Assembly: GCF_030144855.1 (NCBI RefSeq)
Contig: NC_082707.1
Coordinates: forward strand, 129,890,001 to 129,954,000
Reading direction: 5' to 3'
Source: Hypanus sabinus
Lineage: Eukaryota
Length of the DNA stretch: 64,000 nucleotides
The notes below the pieces were generated by a model, which worked only from the letters and a program-made list of their open reading frames with translations, was not told where the DNA came from and did not search any database. Made by a program: the position numbers and the translations under genes. Below are positions 12,610-24,719 of the stretch, in pieces (within the stretch, counting starts at the first letter, position 1; each line of letters opens with the position of its first letter).

Positions 12610-14305
12610 GTTGGTTTTCACAGTGGAGGACACGTCTAACATGCCGAAGAGAGATGATATGGATGTGATGGGAGGTGAGGATCTTGATACAATAGCTGTC
12701 ACTAAAGTGCTGAGCAAACTTAAGCCGAAAGATAGACAAGTCCCCTGGTCCTGATGGAATGCATCCTAGGGTACTGAAAGAAATGCTAGTAGTGGTTATG
12801 GTTGAGGCTTTGGTGATAATTTATCAAAATTCTCTGGACTCTGGGCAGGTACCAGCAGATTAGAAAAAGGCAAATGTCATGCCACGGTTCAAAAAAGGAT
12901 CTAGGTAGCTGCAGGCCATTTAGTTTAACATCTGTAGTTGAGAAAATGCTTGAAGCTATTATCGACAAGGAAATAGCAAGACTTTTGGAAAGAGGCATCT
13001 GGCAGATGTGGCATGGATTCAGCAAAGACAGATCCCGTTTGACAAACTTACTGGAGTTCTTTGAGGATATAACAAGCACAGTGGATAGAGGGGAAACAGA
13101 TGGATACTACAAAGAGTACTTACTTGGATTTCCAGAAGGTGTTCGAAAAGGTGCCACATAAAAAAGACTTATCCTTAAGGATGCGTAGAATTAGGGGTGA
13201 TGTATTAGCATAGATAGAGAATTGGTTAACCAATAGAAGGCAGAGATTTGGGATACATGGGTGTTTCTCTGGTTGGCAATCAGTGGTGAGTGGTGTGCCA
13301 CAGGGGTCGGTGCTGGGCCTGCAACTGTTCATGATATACATTAATAATCTGGAAGAGGGGACTGAGTGTAGTGTAACCAAGTTTTTTGATGACTTTAAAT
13401 TGAGTGGAAAAGCAAATTGTGCAGAGGATACGGAGAGTCTGCAGAGAGATATGAATAGGTTAAGTGAGTGGACAAGTGTCTGGCAGATGGAGTACTGTGT
13501 TGGTAAATGAGAAGTTACCCATTTTGGAAAGAAACATGGAAGATAAGATTATTATTTAAATGGTAAAAAATTGCAGCATGCTGCTGTGCAGAGGGTCTTG
13601 GGAGTGCTTGTGCATGAATTCCAAAGGGTTGGTTTGCAGGTGCAGCAGGCTATCAAGAAGGCAAATGGGATGTTGGCCTTCATTGCTAGAGGGATTGAAT
13701 TTAAGAGCAGTGAGGTTATGCTGCAACTATACAGGGTACTGGTGAGGCTGCACCTGGAGTACTGCATGCAGTTCTGGTCTCCTTACTTGATGAAGGATAT
13801 ACTGGCATTGGAGGTGGTGCAGAGGACATTCACCAGGTTGATTCCAGAGATGAGGGGACTAGATTATGAGGAGAGAGTGTGTCGCCTGGGACTGTACTCG
13901 CTGGAATTCAGGAGGATGACAGGAGATCTTATAGAAATATATAAAATTATGAAAAGGATAGATAAGATAGAGGCAGGAAAGTTGTTTCCACTGGTAGGTA
14001 AGACTAGAACTAGGGGACATAGCCTCAAGATTCAGGGGGGAGTAGGTTTAGAATGGAGATGAGGAGGAACTGCTTTTCCCAAAGGGTGGTGAATCTGTGG
14101 AATTCTCTGCCCAAATAAGTGGCAGAGGCTACCTCAGTAAATATATTTAAGACAAGGTTAGAAAAAATTTTGCATATTTGGGGAATTAAGGGCTATAGGG
14201 AAAAGGCAGGTAGGTGGAGATGAGTCCATGGTCAGATCAGCCATGATCTCATTGAATGGTAGGGACAGATGACCTACTCCTGCTCCTATTTCTTATGTTC
14301 TTATG
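12610..14305 (+). mobile_element. CR1 LINE, 5'-truncated ORF2 (RT) with 3' tail; pseudogenised
   Basis: KSPGPDG, LTNLLEFFE, GVPQGSVLG, KFFDD, HLEYCMQFWSP motifs (ORFs 12874, 13283, 13571); tail TTCTTATGTTCTTATG. Confidence 0.92.
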
Positions 14306-15099
14306 ACACAATTTAAAATTATGAATCATACTTGTCATCCCAGAAAACAGTCAATATTCTATTCATGTTACCTACTGCATCTGGAACTTTTCTTTCCTGC
14401 AGTAGCTTTGATGAGGTAGTTTATCAATCCCTCTAAATGTCAAATGTTTACTTTATCCAAAGCACTTATTACTTCTTCAAAGAACTTCAATAAAATGGCC
14501 AAATATGGTTTCTCTTTCTCAAAACCATCTTGACGTTACCTAATTATTATGATTATTTTCTGTGCCCCATGCTATTCTAATGCCTGTAAAAGCTTTTGTT
14601 TGATATATGTTAAAGAAAGATAGCCCATATTTCTCTACTTCCTGACTTTTTGAATAAAGGAGTTGTATTTGCAATATTCAAAACTATTGGAGATTTCCCC
14701 AAATGTGTGAAATTTTGGAAAGTCGTAATTTTCTTTGAGATTCAATGGTAAAGTTCAATAGGACTTAGAAACTTGACAACCTGAAGTTCTGTATGCTCAA
14801 AATACTCAGTACTGACTCTGATGATTACGATTTTCCCAAGATCTTCTGCTTAATTCCCAATTTATCATTATTTCTGGAATGTGGTAACAACTAAAACTAA
14901 AATTACCTATTTAATTCATCTGTCATCTTACTATATTGTATTATTAAATCCCTGGACACACTTTATATGGCCTAAAATTCACTTTGTTAATACTTTCCTT
15001 TAAAAATTTGCGAAAAAATTACCTGCTTTTTACATTTTTAGCAAAGTTTATGTCACACTCTAGTTCTTCCTTTTTCTTAACTTTTCACAGACTCCTTTT

Positions 15100-15680
15100 G
15101 CTGTTCAAGTTAAGTTTATTGTCATGTGCACAAGTATGCTGAGGTACAGGTGCAATGAAAAACTTGTTTACAGCAGCATTACAGATAGGTTTAGACAACA
15201 AATTATACATAAGTTAAACATAAATTATACAGCACAGTAAAAAGAAAATAAAGATTGTGCAAACCAAAACATTATTGCAAAAATAAATCACAATCAGAGA
15301 CAAGTCAAATGAAGTACAAGAGCTGGCCTAGAGTGTTCCATTGCTGAGGTATGATTTGGGTTACACTGGTTGATTCAAGAACCTAATGCTTATAGGAAAG
15401 TTATTTGTGAACCCTGTGTTTTAGCACCTCAGGCTTCTGAACCTCCAGCCTGATGATAGCAACAAGAAGAGGGCATGATGCAGATGCTGAGATCCATGAT
15501 TATATCCTTGATTATACATCAGAAATGCCATAACTGAATGTGAAATAGTGTCAGGATACTTTCAACAATTTACCTTTAAAAGCCAGTATTTAGTGATATG
15601 CCAAATCTCCTTAAGCTTCTAACAAAGTCAAGGTGCTGGTGTACCCTCTTCATGATTGCATCTATGTAATGAACCCAGGA
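15100..15680 (-). mobile_element. Rex1/Babar-like LINE 3' fragment
   Basis: TTCAAGTTAAGTTTATT tail on the plus strand and antisense copies of the family motifs. Confidence 0.55.
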
Positions 15681-16532
15681 CAGTGCCTACAAGAAGTTTT
15701 CATGTTTTATTGTTTTACAACTTTGAATCACAGTGGATTTAATTTGGCGTTTTTGACACTGATCAACAGGAAAAGACTCTGAAAGACTCTTTCAGGTCAA
15801 AGTGAAAACAGATCTCCAAAAAGTGATCTAAATTAATTACAACTATAGAACACAAAGCAATTGATTGCGCCCCATCTTTAATATGATGCACCAAATCATC
15901 ACTGGTGCAGCAAATTTGTTTTAATAGTCACATAATTGGTTGAATGGAGATCACCTGTGTGCAGTCAAGGTTTTTCACTTGACTGTAGTAAAAATACACC
16001 TGTATCTGGAAGGTCCAACTGCTGGTGAGTCAGTATCCTGGCAAAAACTACACCATGAAGATAAAAGAACACTCCAAGCAACTCTGTGTAAAGGTTATTG
16101 AAAAGCACAAGTCAGGAGATGGATACAAGAAAATTTCCAAGTCACTGACTATCCCTTGGAGTACGGTTGTCAATCATCAGGAAATAAAGGAAAGAATAAG
16201 GCACAGTTGAAAATCTGCCTTGAGCTGGCCACCCTCAAAAACTAAGTGAGCATGCAAGAAGGGACTGGTGAGGGAGGCCACCAAGAGACCTATGACAGCT
16301 CTGCAGGATTTACAAGCTTCAGTGGCTGAGATGGGAGAGACTGCACATGAAGCTGTTGCCCAGGTGCTTCATCAGTCACAGTTTTATGGGAGAGTGGTAA
16401 AGAGGAAGTGCAAAAAAACTCAGATGAAAGAGTTTGCCGGAAGGCATGTGGGAGACTACAAAGTCAACTGAAAGAAGATTCCATGGTCTGATGAAACCAC
16501 AATTGAGCTTTTTGGCCATTAGACTAAACGTG
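15681..16532 (+). mobile_element. Tc1/mariner DNA transposon, 5' half, decayed
   Basis: CAGTGCCT start; MKIKEHSKQL..HKSGDGYKKISKSL (paired-like HTH) and WSDETTIELFGH (first catalytic D); 3' half absent. Confidence 0.85.
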
Positions 16533-16539
16533 GTGATGT

Positions 16540-19500
16540 GGGATCATCGTCGTTGAGGGACTTGAAGGGGCTACAGGAATCCAAAAGGCCACTGGTAGGA
16601 GGAAATAGAATAGGCACATTGAGGGCAGGTAGCAACGAACTGTGATCATGGTGGGCCATCAGAACCAGTGCTACAGAAAACCTAGAGTGTGTCGTGCACC
16701 TGGATGACTAGTGGGACCACTAGTGTCTGTTCAACACATGGCCATCAGCACATGCATGTAGTTGTCAGGTGTGTTGGCTGGAGCAGGCTTGTATTGTAGA
16801 GCCTGGTGGGTCTGGTTCTCAAGGTCCCAGATGACCAGGGCAAGGATCTGGGAGGATGGAATGATGGGCTGAGGGTTGAACTCAGTTTCAATTGGGTTGA
16901 ACTATTGTGACAGGGCATCTGCCTTTCTGTTATTGGAGCCGGGTCAGTTGGCGATGGTGAAATTGAATTGCTTGAGGAAGAGGGCCCAGTGAACCTGATG
17001 TGGGTGAGTTGGTGGGTCTGCTGAATGGATACGACCAGTCCAGATCAGGAAGGGCTCGGTGTTTCCCATCAGCCGGTGTCACCATTTGTCCAAGGCCCAT
17101 TTGATGACGAGTAGCTCCCTGTCTCCTACTCCATGATGGTGCTGTGTAGAATTGAACTTGCATAAGAAGGACCAAGTGTGTGTCTATCCGTCTTGTCCTC
17201 ACTAGGACAGGATGCACTGGCACCCATGTCAGATGCACCCATCTCTACCACAAAAAGTCTGGAGGGATTTGAACGGCAGAGAATGGAAGTGGTGGTGAAG
17301 TGTCTCTTGAGCTCTTTGAAGATGTGGCCTACAGCACCAGATGTATTTATCCATGAAGTAGGTGACTTGGTGAGGGAGGTGAGAGGAATGACGGTTTGGT
17401 TGTAGTTCCTGATGAAGCAGCAGTGGAAGTTGGAGAAGTCCAAGAAGTGCTTCAGCTGTTTGATGGAGCGCAGTCGGGGCCATTTACAATTTCTCTGGGT
17501 TCATGGTTATGCCGTGGTGTGAAAGCACATAACTGATGAAGGAAATGACTGGGGTGTGGAACTGCCATTTTTCTAATTTGTGGTACACTTGGTTTTTGAG
17601 AAGATGCTGAAGGGCTGATCTATGTGACAGATGTGTTCTTGGGGATTCTTTGGAGAAGATGAAGATGTCGTCGAGGTAGGTCAACACATACCTGTGTAGT
17701 ACATCTGAGGATTTTGTTGATGAAGGCTTGGAAAATGGCTGGACCGTTGGAAAGTTTGAAAGGCATCACCAAATATTTTTAGTGGCCAGTGGGTGTTATG
17801 AATACCATCTTCCACTCATCCCCTGGCAGATCTGGATCAGATTGCACATGCTCCATAGGTCCACTTTAGTGAAGATCTTAAGACTTTAGACAAAGACCCC
17901 CACCTTTCTTCTTGATGAAGAAGAGCCCTGCACCGGACAAAGACTGGGATAGTTGAATGAAGCCACGCTATAATGGTTTGGAGATGCAGTCATTCATGGT
18001 TTAGGTCTCAGGAAGGCAGAGGGAGATCAGATGCCATGGGGATGAGGTGGTATAGAGGTTGACCTCACAGTCCTGTGAGATGGTAGGGTGCTGGTTTCTC
18101 TTTTGCTGAAGGCAATGGCTAAATTGTGGTATTCCTGTGGGAGTTCAATGAGGTCAAGGGTTTCCTTAGTCTCGACAGATTTACAGGGTGAAATCAACTG
18201 AGGTTGCAGGCAAGTGGGTCCCCACCTGGATGACCAGGCAAAGTGAGTGGAGGGCCAGAGGCAACCCAAGATAAGAGAAAAGTTCAGTGAGTGGATTAGG
18301 AGATATTGGATGGATTTCTGATGCTCTCCAATGATCATGTACATAGGCATGTGTGTGCGCTGACCATCCCATATCCCAAGGGATGTTCATCAATGGCCGT
18401 GATACAGAATAGGCGAGAGACAGGCTTCACGCATGGAGTCTGGTCCAGAAGAATCTGCACCAGAATCCACTAAAGCCTCCTGTATGTGTAGAAGAGGAGA
18501 GATAGTGAGTCAGGCTCTGGTGCAAGAATGAGAGGCCAGGGGAAGCTTACCAGATAAGAGGCCCCTGGTCTCTTCCTGGTAGTGCCGTTTCCTGGATGCA
18601 CTGGGCATTTGATGCATGGGTGGTCAGCTGCTTTGCAGTAAGCACACAAGTTGCTTTTCCACCAATGCTCATACTCTTGGGGGTTAACGATGCTCTTCCT
18701 AAATGCATGTGTTCTGGAGGTGTGGCCGATGAGTGTCCTGCAGCCCGAAGTAGTTCTGGGAATCGAACTGGGGATCCAGCTGATGATCTGGAGGGTCATT
18801 CCATAAGACGCTTTTCTATTTGAAGGGCCAGATTTATATGGCTTTTGAGGTCAGTGGGCATCTCCAAAGGTACACAGCTCATCTTTCAAGCACTCCTAAA
18901 GGCTGTGACAGTAATGGGCCAGCAGCATTTCCACACTCCACCTGCACTGCGCCGCAAGGATCCTGAATTCCACAGTGTAATTCAGCACTGAGTCTGCGCT
19001 TTGATACAGGCGAAGTATCTGGTCCGCTGTCCCCCGTTCCACTTCCCAAATGGTCAAAAACCTAGTGCAGCTCAATGGTGAATTCCTCATATTTATTGCA
19101 AGTGGTGGTGTATTGGCCCAGGTCAGAGATTGTCCAGTCAAGAGAGAGATGACGAAGGCACTCTTGGCTCAGTTTGTAGCAGATGACGATTGCTGGAGAC
19201 TGAAGTGGAAGACATACTGAGACTGGGAGCTGCGGCATTGGGTTGGGGATCCATCAAAGCTTTTGGGCACTGGAATTTGTGCTCAGAGGGAGGTTCACTG
19301 TGCAGGGTTGGTGTGTTAAGATGGAGAGTTGGAAGAGAATGGCGAGCAAATGGTCAGTGGTGTGTGGATCGTGTGCTCCTGTTGACAGGCAACCTCCTTT
19401 AGGCGAGCAAACTCTGCTGGGTCAATGCAGGTTCACTCATCCTGTCAGGGAACATAAAGGAGGCTTGACCCAAACGCAGAGCAGTGGAGACGATTAAGCG

Positions 19501-19774
19501 ATGAGTGATTACTTTAATAATAAACTGAAAAATTACAAGCCACAAGGGCCACAAAATTAAAGAGAAAATTAGCCACGGCAAGGCAACAAGATAACACCTG
19601 AAAGCTTGAAGCAACTGTTGAGGCTGGTTGGTCCAAATGAGTGAACAAGGGTTGTGGATGAGAGCTGGGTTTAAATAGGTTGCAGGTGACGAGTTGAAAA
19701 CAAGTGGGCAAGTGACTCCCATTAGCTGAGTGGTGACTGGGAGGAGCCTGCATGTGCAGACCTGGCAGTTGACA
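16540..19774 (-). mobile_element. Gypsy/Ty3 (sushi/PEG10-RTL1-like clade) LTR retrotransposon, decayed, 3' LTR missing
   Basis: Minus-strand order: gag (LTGQSLTWA, YTVEFRILAA), CCHC knuckle CAYCKAADHPCIKC, protease LVDSG (about 18460), RT YLDDIFIFS (about 17670), RNase H VEMGASD, integrase remnant HPG (about 16705). Confidence 0.92.
19443..19774 (-). repeat. 5' LTR of the Gypsy element (332 bp)
   Basis: TGTCA...TGACA inverted termini; minus-strand TATTTAAA at 19677-19670; abuts the gag leader. Confidence 0.8.
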
Positions 19775-19779
19775 CACAG

Positions 19780-20052
19780 GATGGACTTGTAATGAAGGGC
19801 AATAATTGTTCTTGAACCTGGTGGTGAAGGACCTTAGGCTCCTGTACCTCCTTTTTGATGGCATGAGAAGAGAACATGGCTTAGATGGTGGGGATCCTTG
19901 ATGATGGATGTGCACCATATATGTGCTCAATCAGGGGGTGTGGTTTTCCTGTGATGGACTGAGTTGTAGCCATTACTTTTTGTCAGCTTTTCTGTTCATG
20001 GGAATTGGTGTTTCCATATCAGGCCATGATGCAATCAGTCAGGATACTCTCC
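19780..20052 (-). mobile_element. Rex1/Babar-like LINE fragment
   Basis: Antisense SKRRYRSLRSFTTRFKNNYCP. Confidence 0.6.
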
Positions 20053-21249
20053 AGCTTCTGATGGCACTTACCTGCTTGTCCCAAAACAGATCCACTAAAA
20101 TGATAACATCTAGGATTTTAAAGATACCCACCTTCTCCACCTCTGATCCCCTGATGAGGATTGGATCATCCACCAATTATCAGCTCTCTAGTTTAGCAGA
20201 CTGTGACAGAGCCAATGTGGCAAGTAAACTCTTACCCCCCAATAGCCCTGTAACTCTCATTATCCCTGTCTGGCAGTGCTGCCGTTATGCTGATTGGGTG
20301 CACGCACTAGGCTTGGATGTTTTTGTTTGTACTTGCATTCCTTGACGTGCCCTGTTTGTTTGTTGCAGGGCGGGGACCTGACTGACGACAGGTATCTAAC
20401 AAAGGTGCCTGTTTGTGGCGGCACATGCGCTGTGCCGCCTCTGTGGAAGAGTAGGGTTGGGGAAGAGGGCTGGCTCCTGGAAAATGGTTAGTTATTGATT
20501 GATTTGTTGCACAATGCAATTTTGATCTTATTGTGATGAATGTATTTGAGGTGATTTGTGATTGTGAAGAAAGATGTGAATTCCTGCCTTTTGGGTTTTG
20601 TATAATTATTCAGGCTCATGTTAACTACTCCTCTGCATTCCAAAGAATGGACTATCCCTTTTCTCTTAAAGTAGGGAGATCCTGAGTTAAAGGTTCATTT
20701 GGTGTAAGTGGGAAGGGGTGGAGGGTATGGTTAGGTGAGGTGAAGTGTATTACTTCAGACTGATGTTTTAAAGCTGTAGTCCTAAAGGTCTGGTGGATCT
20801 CTATTATTTTTTTTTGCATTGTAATTATTTGTGCACTTTTTCTAATTGTTTTTAACCTCTGGGACACAATAAACTCCTTTGCACTGAATGTGGCCTTTAC
20901 AAGGGCAAACAACACTCACCAAAACTCAAGGTGTGACATGGACACTGAGTGAGAAGTTGTTATTGTGGCACCATTCAACCAAATTTACAATCTCCTATAT
21001 GTAGATTTGTCACCACCTTTGACTTGGCCAGCAACAAAAACAATAATTTGTAGATGGTATGGGAGCTGAGCTTAGCCACAGAATTAAAGACTCAGTTTAA
21101 TAACCCTTTCATGTGATATTACTTTCCTTTGGTGATAAGGGGAAGTGCCAGACTTAAATTCTGTGCTCAATTTTCTGGAGTTATCAGAAGATAAAGTCTG
21201 AAATGCATTGGATGGTGGAGGCAGATACTCTCACAACAGCTTTATAAGA

Positions 21250-21815
21250 TGCTCTATTTTCTAAGGAAGCTGAGATCCTTCGATGTGTGCAGCAGGATGT
21301 TGGAGATCTTTCACCAGTGAGAGCAGTCTTCTTTGTGGCTTTATATTGGGGGAGCAACCAGCGCAGGTGATGTAGAAATGTTAAATTAATTCATCAAAAA
21401 GGCTGACTCCGTCCTTTGCTACAACCTGGACTTTTTTGAGTTAGTGGTGGAGAGGAGGTCATTTAAACAGATCATTATGGACAATCCTCTCCATGACCTA
21501 CTGAATAAGCAGCGGAGCACCTTTCAAACAGACTCATTCAGCTCCATCGTCACAAGGTTCGTTACAGGAAGTCTTTCCTACCAATGCAATAAGAATATAC
21601 TGTACAACAGTTTATTTCTGCGCGAGAGGAGAACACACATAGCATAATGGTCTCTGCTTTATTATTTTGTACATTATTGCACATTAGTAAATTGTGTATA
21701 TTATTATGTATTTTATTAGTTAAGACTGCACACTGCTAAGCGTGTTTTTGTATGTTGCTACTGTAATGAAAGAATTTTCCACTCGGGATCAATAAAGTAC
21801 TTATTATTATTAAGT
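21250..21815 (+). mobile_element. Rex1/L2-like LINE 3' fragment
   Basis: IMDNPLHDLL motif; ends GGGATCAATAAAGTAC(TTA)n. Confidence 0.6.
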
Positions 21816-21974
21816 ACATCACCAAAGCATAGAAGGCTGCAGGCCAAGTGCTGTAAAATAGAATTAAATGAACATGTTGGGCTGGAGGACACGGAAGGGC
21901 TTGGTTCTGTGGCTGTGGCAAAAACAGTCATTAAAAGACATCTGGACAGGAGCACGGATGGGAAAGGTTTCAAG

Positions 21975-22320
21975 GGAGATGCACGTGCTGGAACCCAGAG
22001 CAGCAAACAATATGCCAGAGAAACTAAGCAGGTCGAGCAGCATCCAAACAGGGAAAGGAACTGTCAAAGTAGAGGGATGTGGGCCAAAAGCAGTCAAGTG
22101 GGATCAGTGTAGATAGGGATCTGGAGCTCAAATAAACCAAGTCGCAGCTAAGTTTTGGCTGTAGACCCTTCATCTGGCAGTCCAAATGCAGCATGTAGAC
22201 CTGAAATGATGACTGTCCATTTCGTTCAGTTGATGCTATCTGACCTGCTGAGTTCCTTCAGCACTTTGTCTTTTGTTTTGCTCCAAATTCCAATATTTGC
22301 AGTCTCATGCCTCTCCAGAT
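21975..22320. repeat. Penelope-derived inverted repeat remnants with a short CR1-like piece
   Basis: GACCCTTCATCTGG / GACCTGAAATG..GACCTGCTGAGTTCC motifs. Confidence 0.5.
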
Positions 22321-22539
22321 GGTCAGCATAGAGAAACAGAAACAGAGGAGCGTGTTTATGTGCTGTACAACTCCATGAGCCACAGGTCAGTGTCTTCTGT
22401 TTCCTCCCACAGTCCAAAGAATGTAATTGGCCATTGTAAACTGTCCCGTGATTAGGATTAAATCGAGGGTTGTTGGACGGTGGTTGGTGGTTAAAAGTGT
22501 TGTAACTATCCACAAACAAATACTGTAGATGCCTGAAAC

Positions 22540-22670
22540 TGAAGTTCGCCACCTCGGCAAGATTCCGACATAGCAGGAAGTTACTGTTCCGGGTGTGCGG
22601 AGGAGAGAGACCGACACTGAGCACCGATCGCAGCCTCCAAGCCCAGGCTGTAGGGAAGTAGAGTCAAAGG
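22540..22670 (+). promoter_or_regulatory. TMEM187 CpG-island promoter/5' UTR with ETS-like motifs
   Basis: CAGGAAGT (22574-22581) and TTCCGG close together at the 5' edge of the CpG island; no TATA box seen. Confidence 0.45.
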
Positions 22671-23468
22671 ATGTGGGCGCCGGAGCAGAGCGCCTTCCTG
22701 CACGTCCTGCTGCTCTTCGGCCTCTGCATCGCCGTCACCTGCAGCGGCGCCATGGACGGCGTGTGGACCGAGCTGGGGTACGAGCATTACGCCGAGCGGC
22801 CCTTGGCCTGGCTGCCACGCTGTCTGGCCATGCCGGCCAACTCGCTGGTCAACCTGGGCTACGTGGCGCTGGGGGCCCACTGGCTGCGGCGGGAGGCTGC
22901 GGGCGGTGACTGCTACCACAAGGACGCGTTCGCCTGGATGGTGCTGGCCTACGGGCCGGTGCAGTGGGCCCGCATCGCTTCGCAGTCCCAGCGCCCAGCC
23001 GTGCTCGACCAGTGGCTCACGCTGCCCATCTTCGCCTGGGTGTCGGTGTGGGCGGCGTACCTGCTGCAGGGGCAGGAGGACGGGAAGAGCCGCCGCCTCT
23101 CCAGCGCGCTGGCAGTGGAGGCGGCGTCGATCGCCAGCTACGGTCTGGCGCTGCTCCACCGCCGCGGCTTCGAGGTAGCCCTCGGCTGTCACATCGCCAC
23201 TGCCGTGCGGGCCGGGCTAGCGGCGCAGCGTCGCCTGGGCGACGCGGTTTCCCACCGGTACCTGCTGCTAGCTGTGGCTTCCTGCTTCGGCTTTGTGGTT
23301 CTGAAGCTACTGGACCTGCCGCTGGCGGACCTCGACCCGGGGCTCGGCCTCTTGTCTGGGCCGTTGTCTGGACATTTCTGGTCCAAACTCTGCGATCTGT
23401 TGCAGATCCACTATAGCCTCTGTTTCCTACAGCACCTGGCGGGACGGAAAATTCTGAAGCTCAAGTAG
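22671..23468 (+). CDS. TMEM187: Transmembrane protein 187, single coding exon, 265 aa
   Basis: Intact ATG..TAG ORF with multiple hydrophobic segments and motifs GYEHYAE, AMPANSLVN, YGPVQW, AVLDQWLTLPIFAW, ASYGLALLH..GFEVALG, GFVVLKL, GHFWSK.CD.LQ, all recalled from TMEM187. Confidence 0.95.
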   Translation: MWAPEQSAFLHVLLLFGLCIAVTCSGAMDGVWTELGYEHYAERPLAWLPRCLAMPANSLVNLGYVALGAHWLRREAAGGDCYHKDAFAWMVLAYGPVQWARIASQSQRPAVLDQWLTLPIFAWVSVWAAYLLQGQEDGKSRRLSSALAVEAASIASYGLALLHRRGFEVALGCHIATAVRAGLAAQRRLGDAVSHRYLLLAVASCFGFVVLKLLDLPLADLDPGLGLLSGPLSGHFWSKLCDLLQIHYSLCFLQHLAGRKILKLK

Positions 23469-23566
23469 CAGTGTGCTTTTTAATTCCAAAAACACCGTTT
23501 TTCATAATAATATAAACAGAAATATAGATGTAATGGGTGCGTGTCTCTCTTTATCTTCATTGTACC

Positions 23567-23572
23567 ATTAAA
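23567..23572 (+). terminator. Candidate polyadenylation signal (ATTAAA) for TMEM187
   Basis: ATTAAA about 100 nt after the stop codon in AT-rich sequence. Confidence 0.4.
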
Positions 23573-23723
23573 TTAATGCATTCCATTAACAGTATTTCAG
23601 TGCTCCTGAAGTTGTATCTTTAAACCCATGAAATCCTATTGCAGGGATTTGAACTGAAACCTTAGACAGTATCCTCTACAGATACTGCTGGGCTGGACCG
23701 GTTTTTATTCATCAAGTATTTCC

Positions 23724-24275
23724 TACACTCGTGTTTCATTAGGTACACATGTAAACCTGCTCATTAATGCAAATATTTAATCAGCCAATCAAGTGGCAGC
23801 AACTCGGTGTATAGAAGCATGCAAAAATGGTCAAGAGTTTCATTTGTCATTCAGATCAAACATCAGAATGCGGATGCAATGTGGTTGAAGTGACTATGAC
23901 GATGGAATGATTGTTGGTATCAGACTGGGTAGTTTGAGTATCTCAGAATATCTGCAAATCTCCTGTGATTTTTACACACAAAAAAAACCTCTAGAGTTTA
24001 CAAGAAATGGTGTGGAAACCCAAAAAACATACAATGAGCAGCAATTCTGTGGGTAAAAACACCTTGTTAATGATCGAGGTCAGAGGAGAATGGCCAGAAA
24101 CGTTCAAGCTGACAGGAAGGTGATAATAATTCAAATAACCACACTTTGACAGGGGTGTGCAGAAGGGCATAGTTGAACGTACAACACATTGAAGTGGATG
24201 TGCTGGAACAGCAGCAGACCACAGATGTACACAGTGGTACATCCAGTACCTCTTGTACCTAATATATATATTGAG
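23724..24275 (+). mobile_element. Tc1-like non-autonomous DNA transposon remnant
   Basis: Inverted terminal motifs ATTAGGTACA (23739) / TGTACCTAAT (24254) and TA-CACTC start; a related antisense fragment lies at about 42190-42450. Confidence 0.6.
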
Positions 24276-24719
24276 CTAGCAGTTAACTCACAGAAGAGAA
24301 GTGACTCAGTCATTTTCTCTCCTCTGTACCCTACTGTCATGCTGACATATTGACTGTCTTTAAGGGCTAGAGCCTTTATCAGTTTGCTGCACAGCAAATT
24401 TTCAGAAGCTGTAATCCATATTAATGTGCTTTAGCAGGAAGCTATTGTAGACTGCCTGAGTGATGCATGCAACATCTTTTCTGACCTATTTCACGGTTTT
24501 GCAAGGTCCAAAATCAACATTACCACTAACTCAAACAATGATTTAGTGCATCAAAAAGACAGGTAGATCCCAGTGTCTAGGCTGTAACACCATGGGGTGG
24601 GGCAGATATTGAAGATTGTACACTTGATTGTCAAAAATTTTTGGTTAATGATCTAGTAGTGGTCAGTGAAAAAGAGGAATACTATACAGCTGAGTTAGCT
24701 TGAGCAATAATTGTGGTCC

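Noticed and set aside
16540-19430. Domesticated PEG10/RTL1-like gene
   Set aside because: Many stops, frameshifts and deletions, and an LTR is still attached.
22581-23416. Long overlapping ORFs (203 aa minus, 150 aa plus and others) over TMEM187
   Set aside because: Expected stop-codon scarcity in GC-rich coding DNA; no recognisable motifs.
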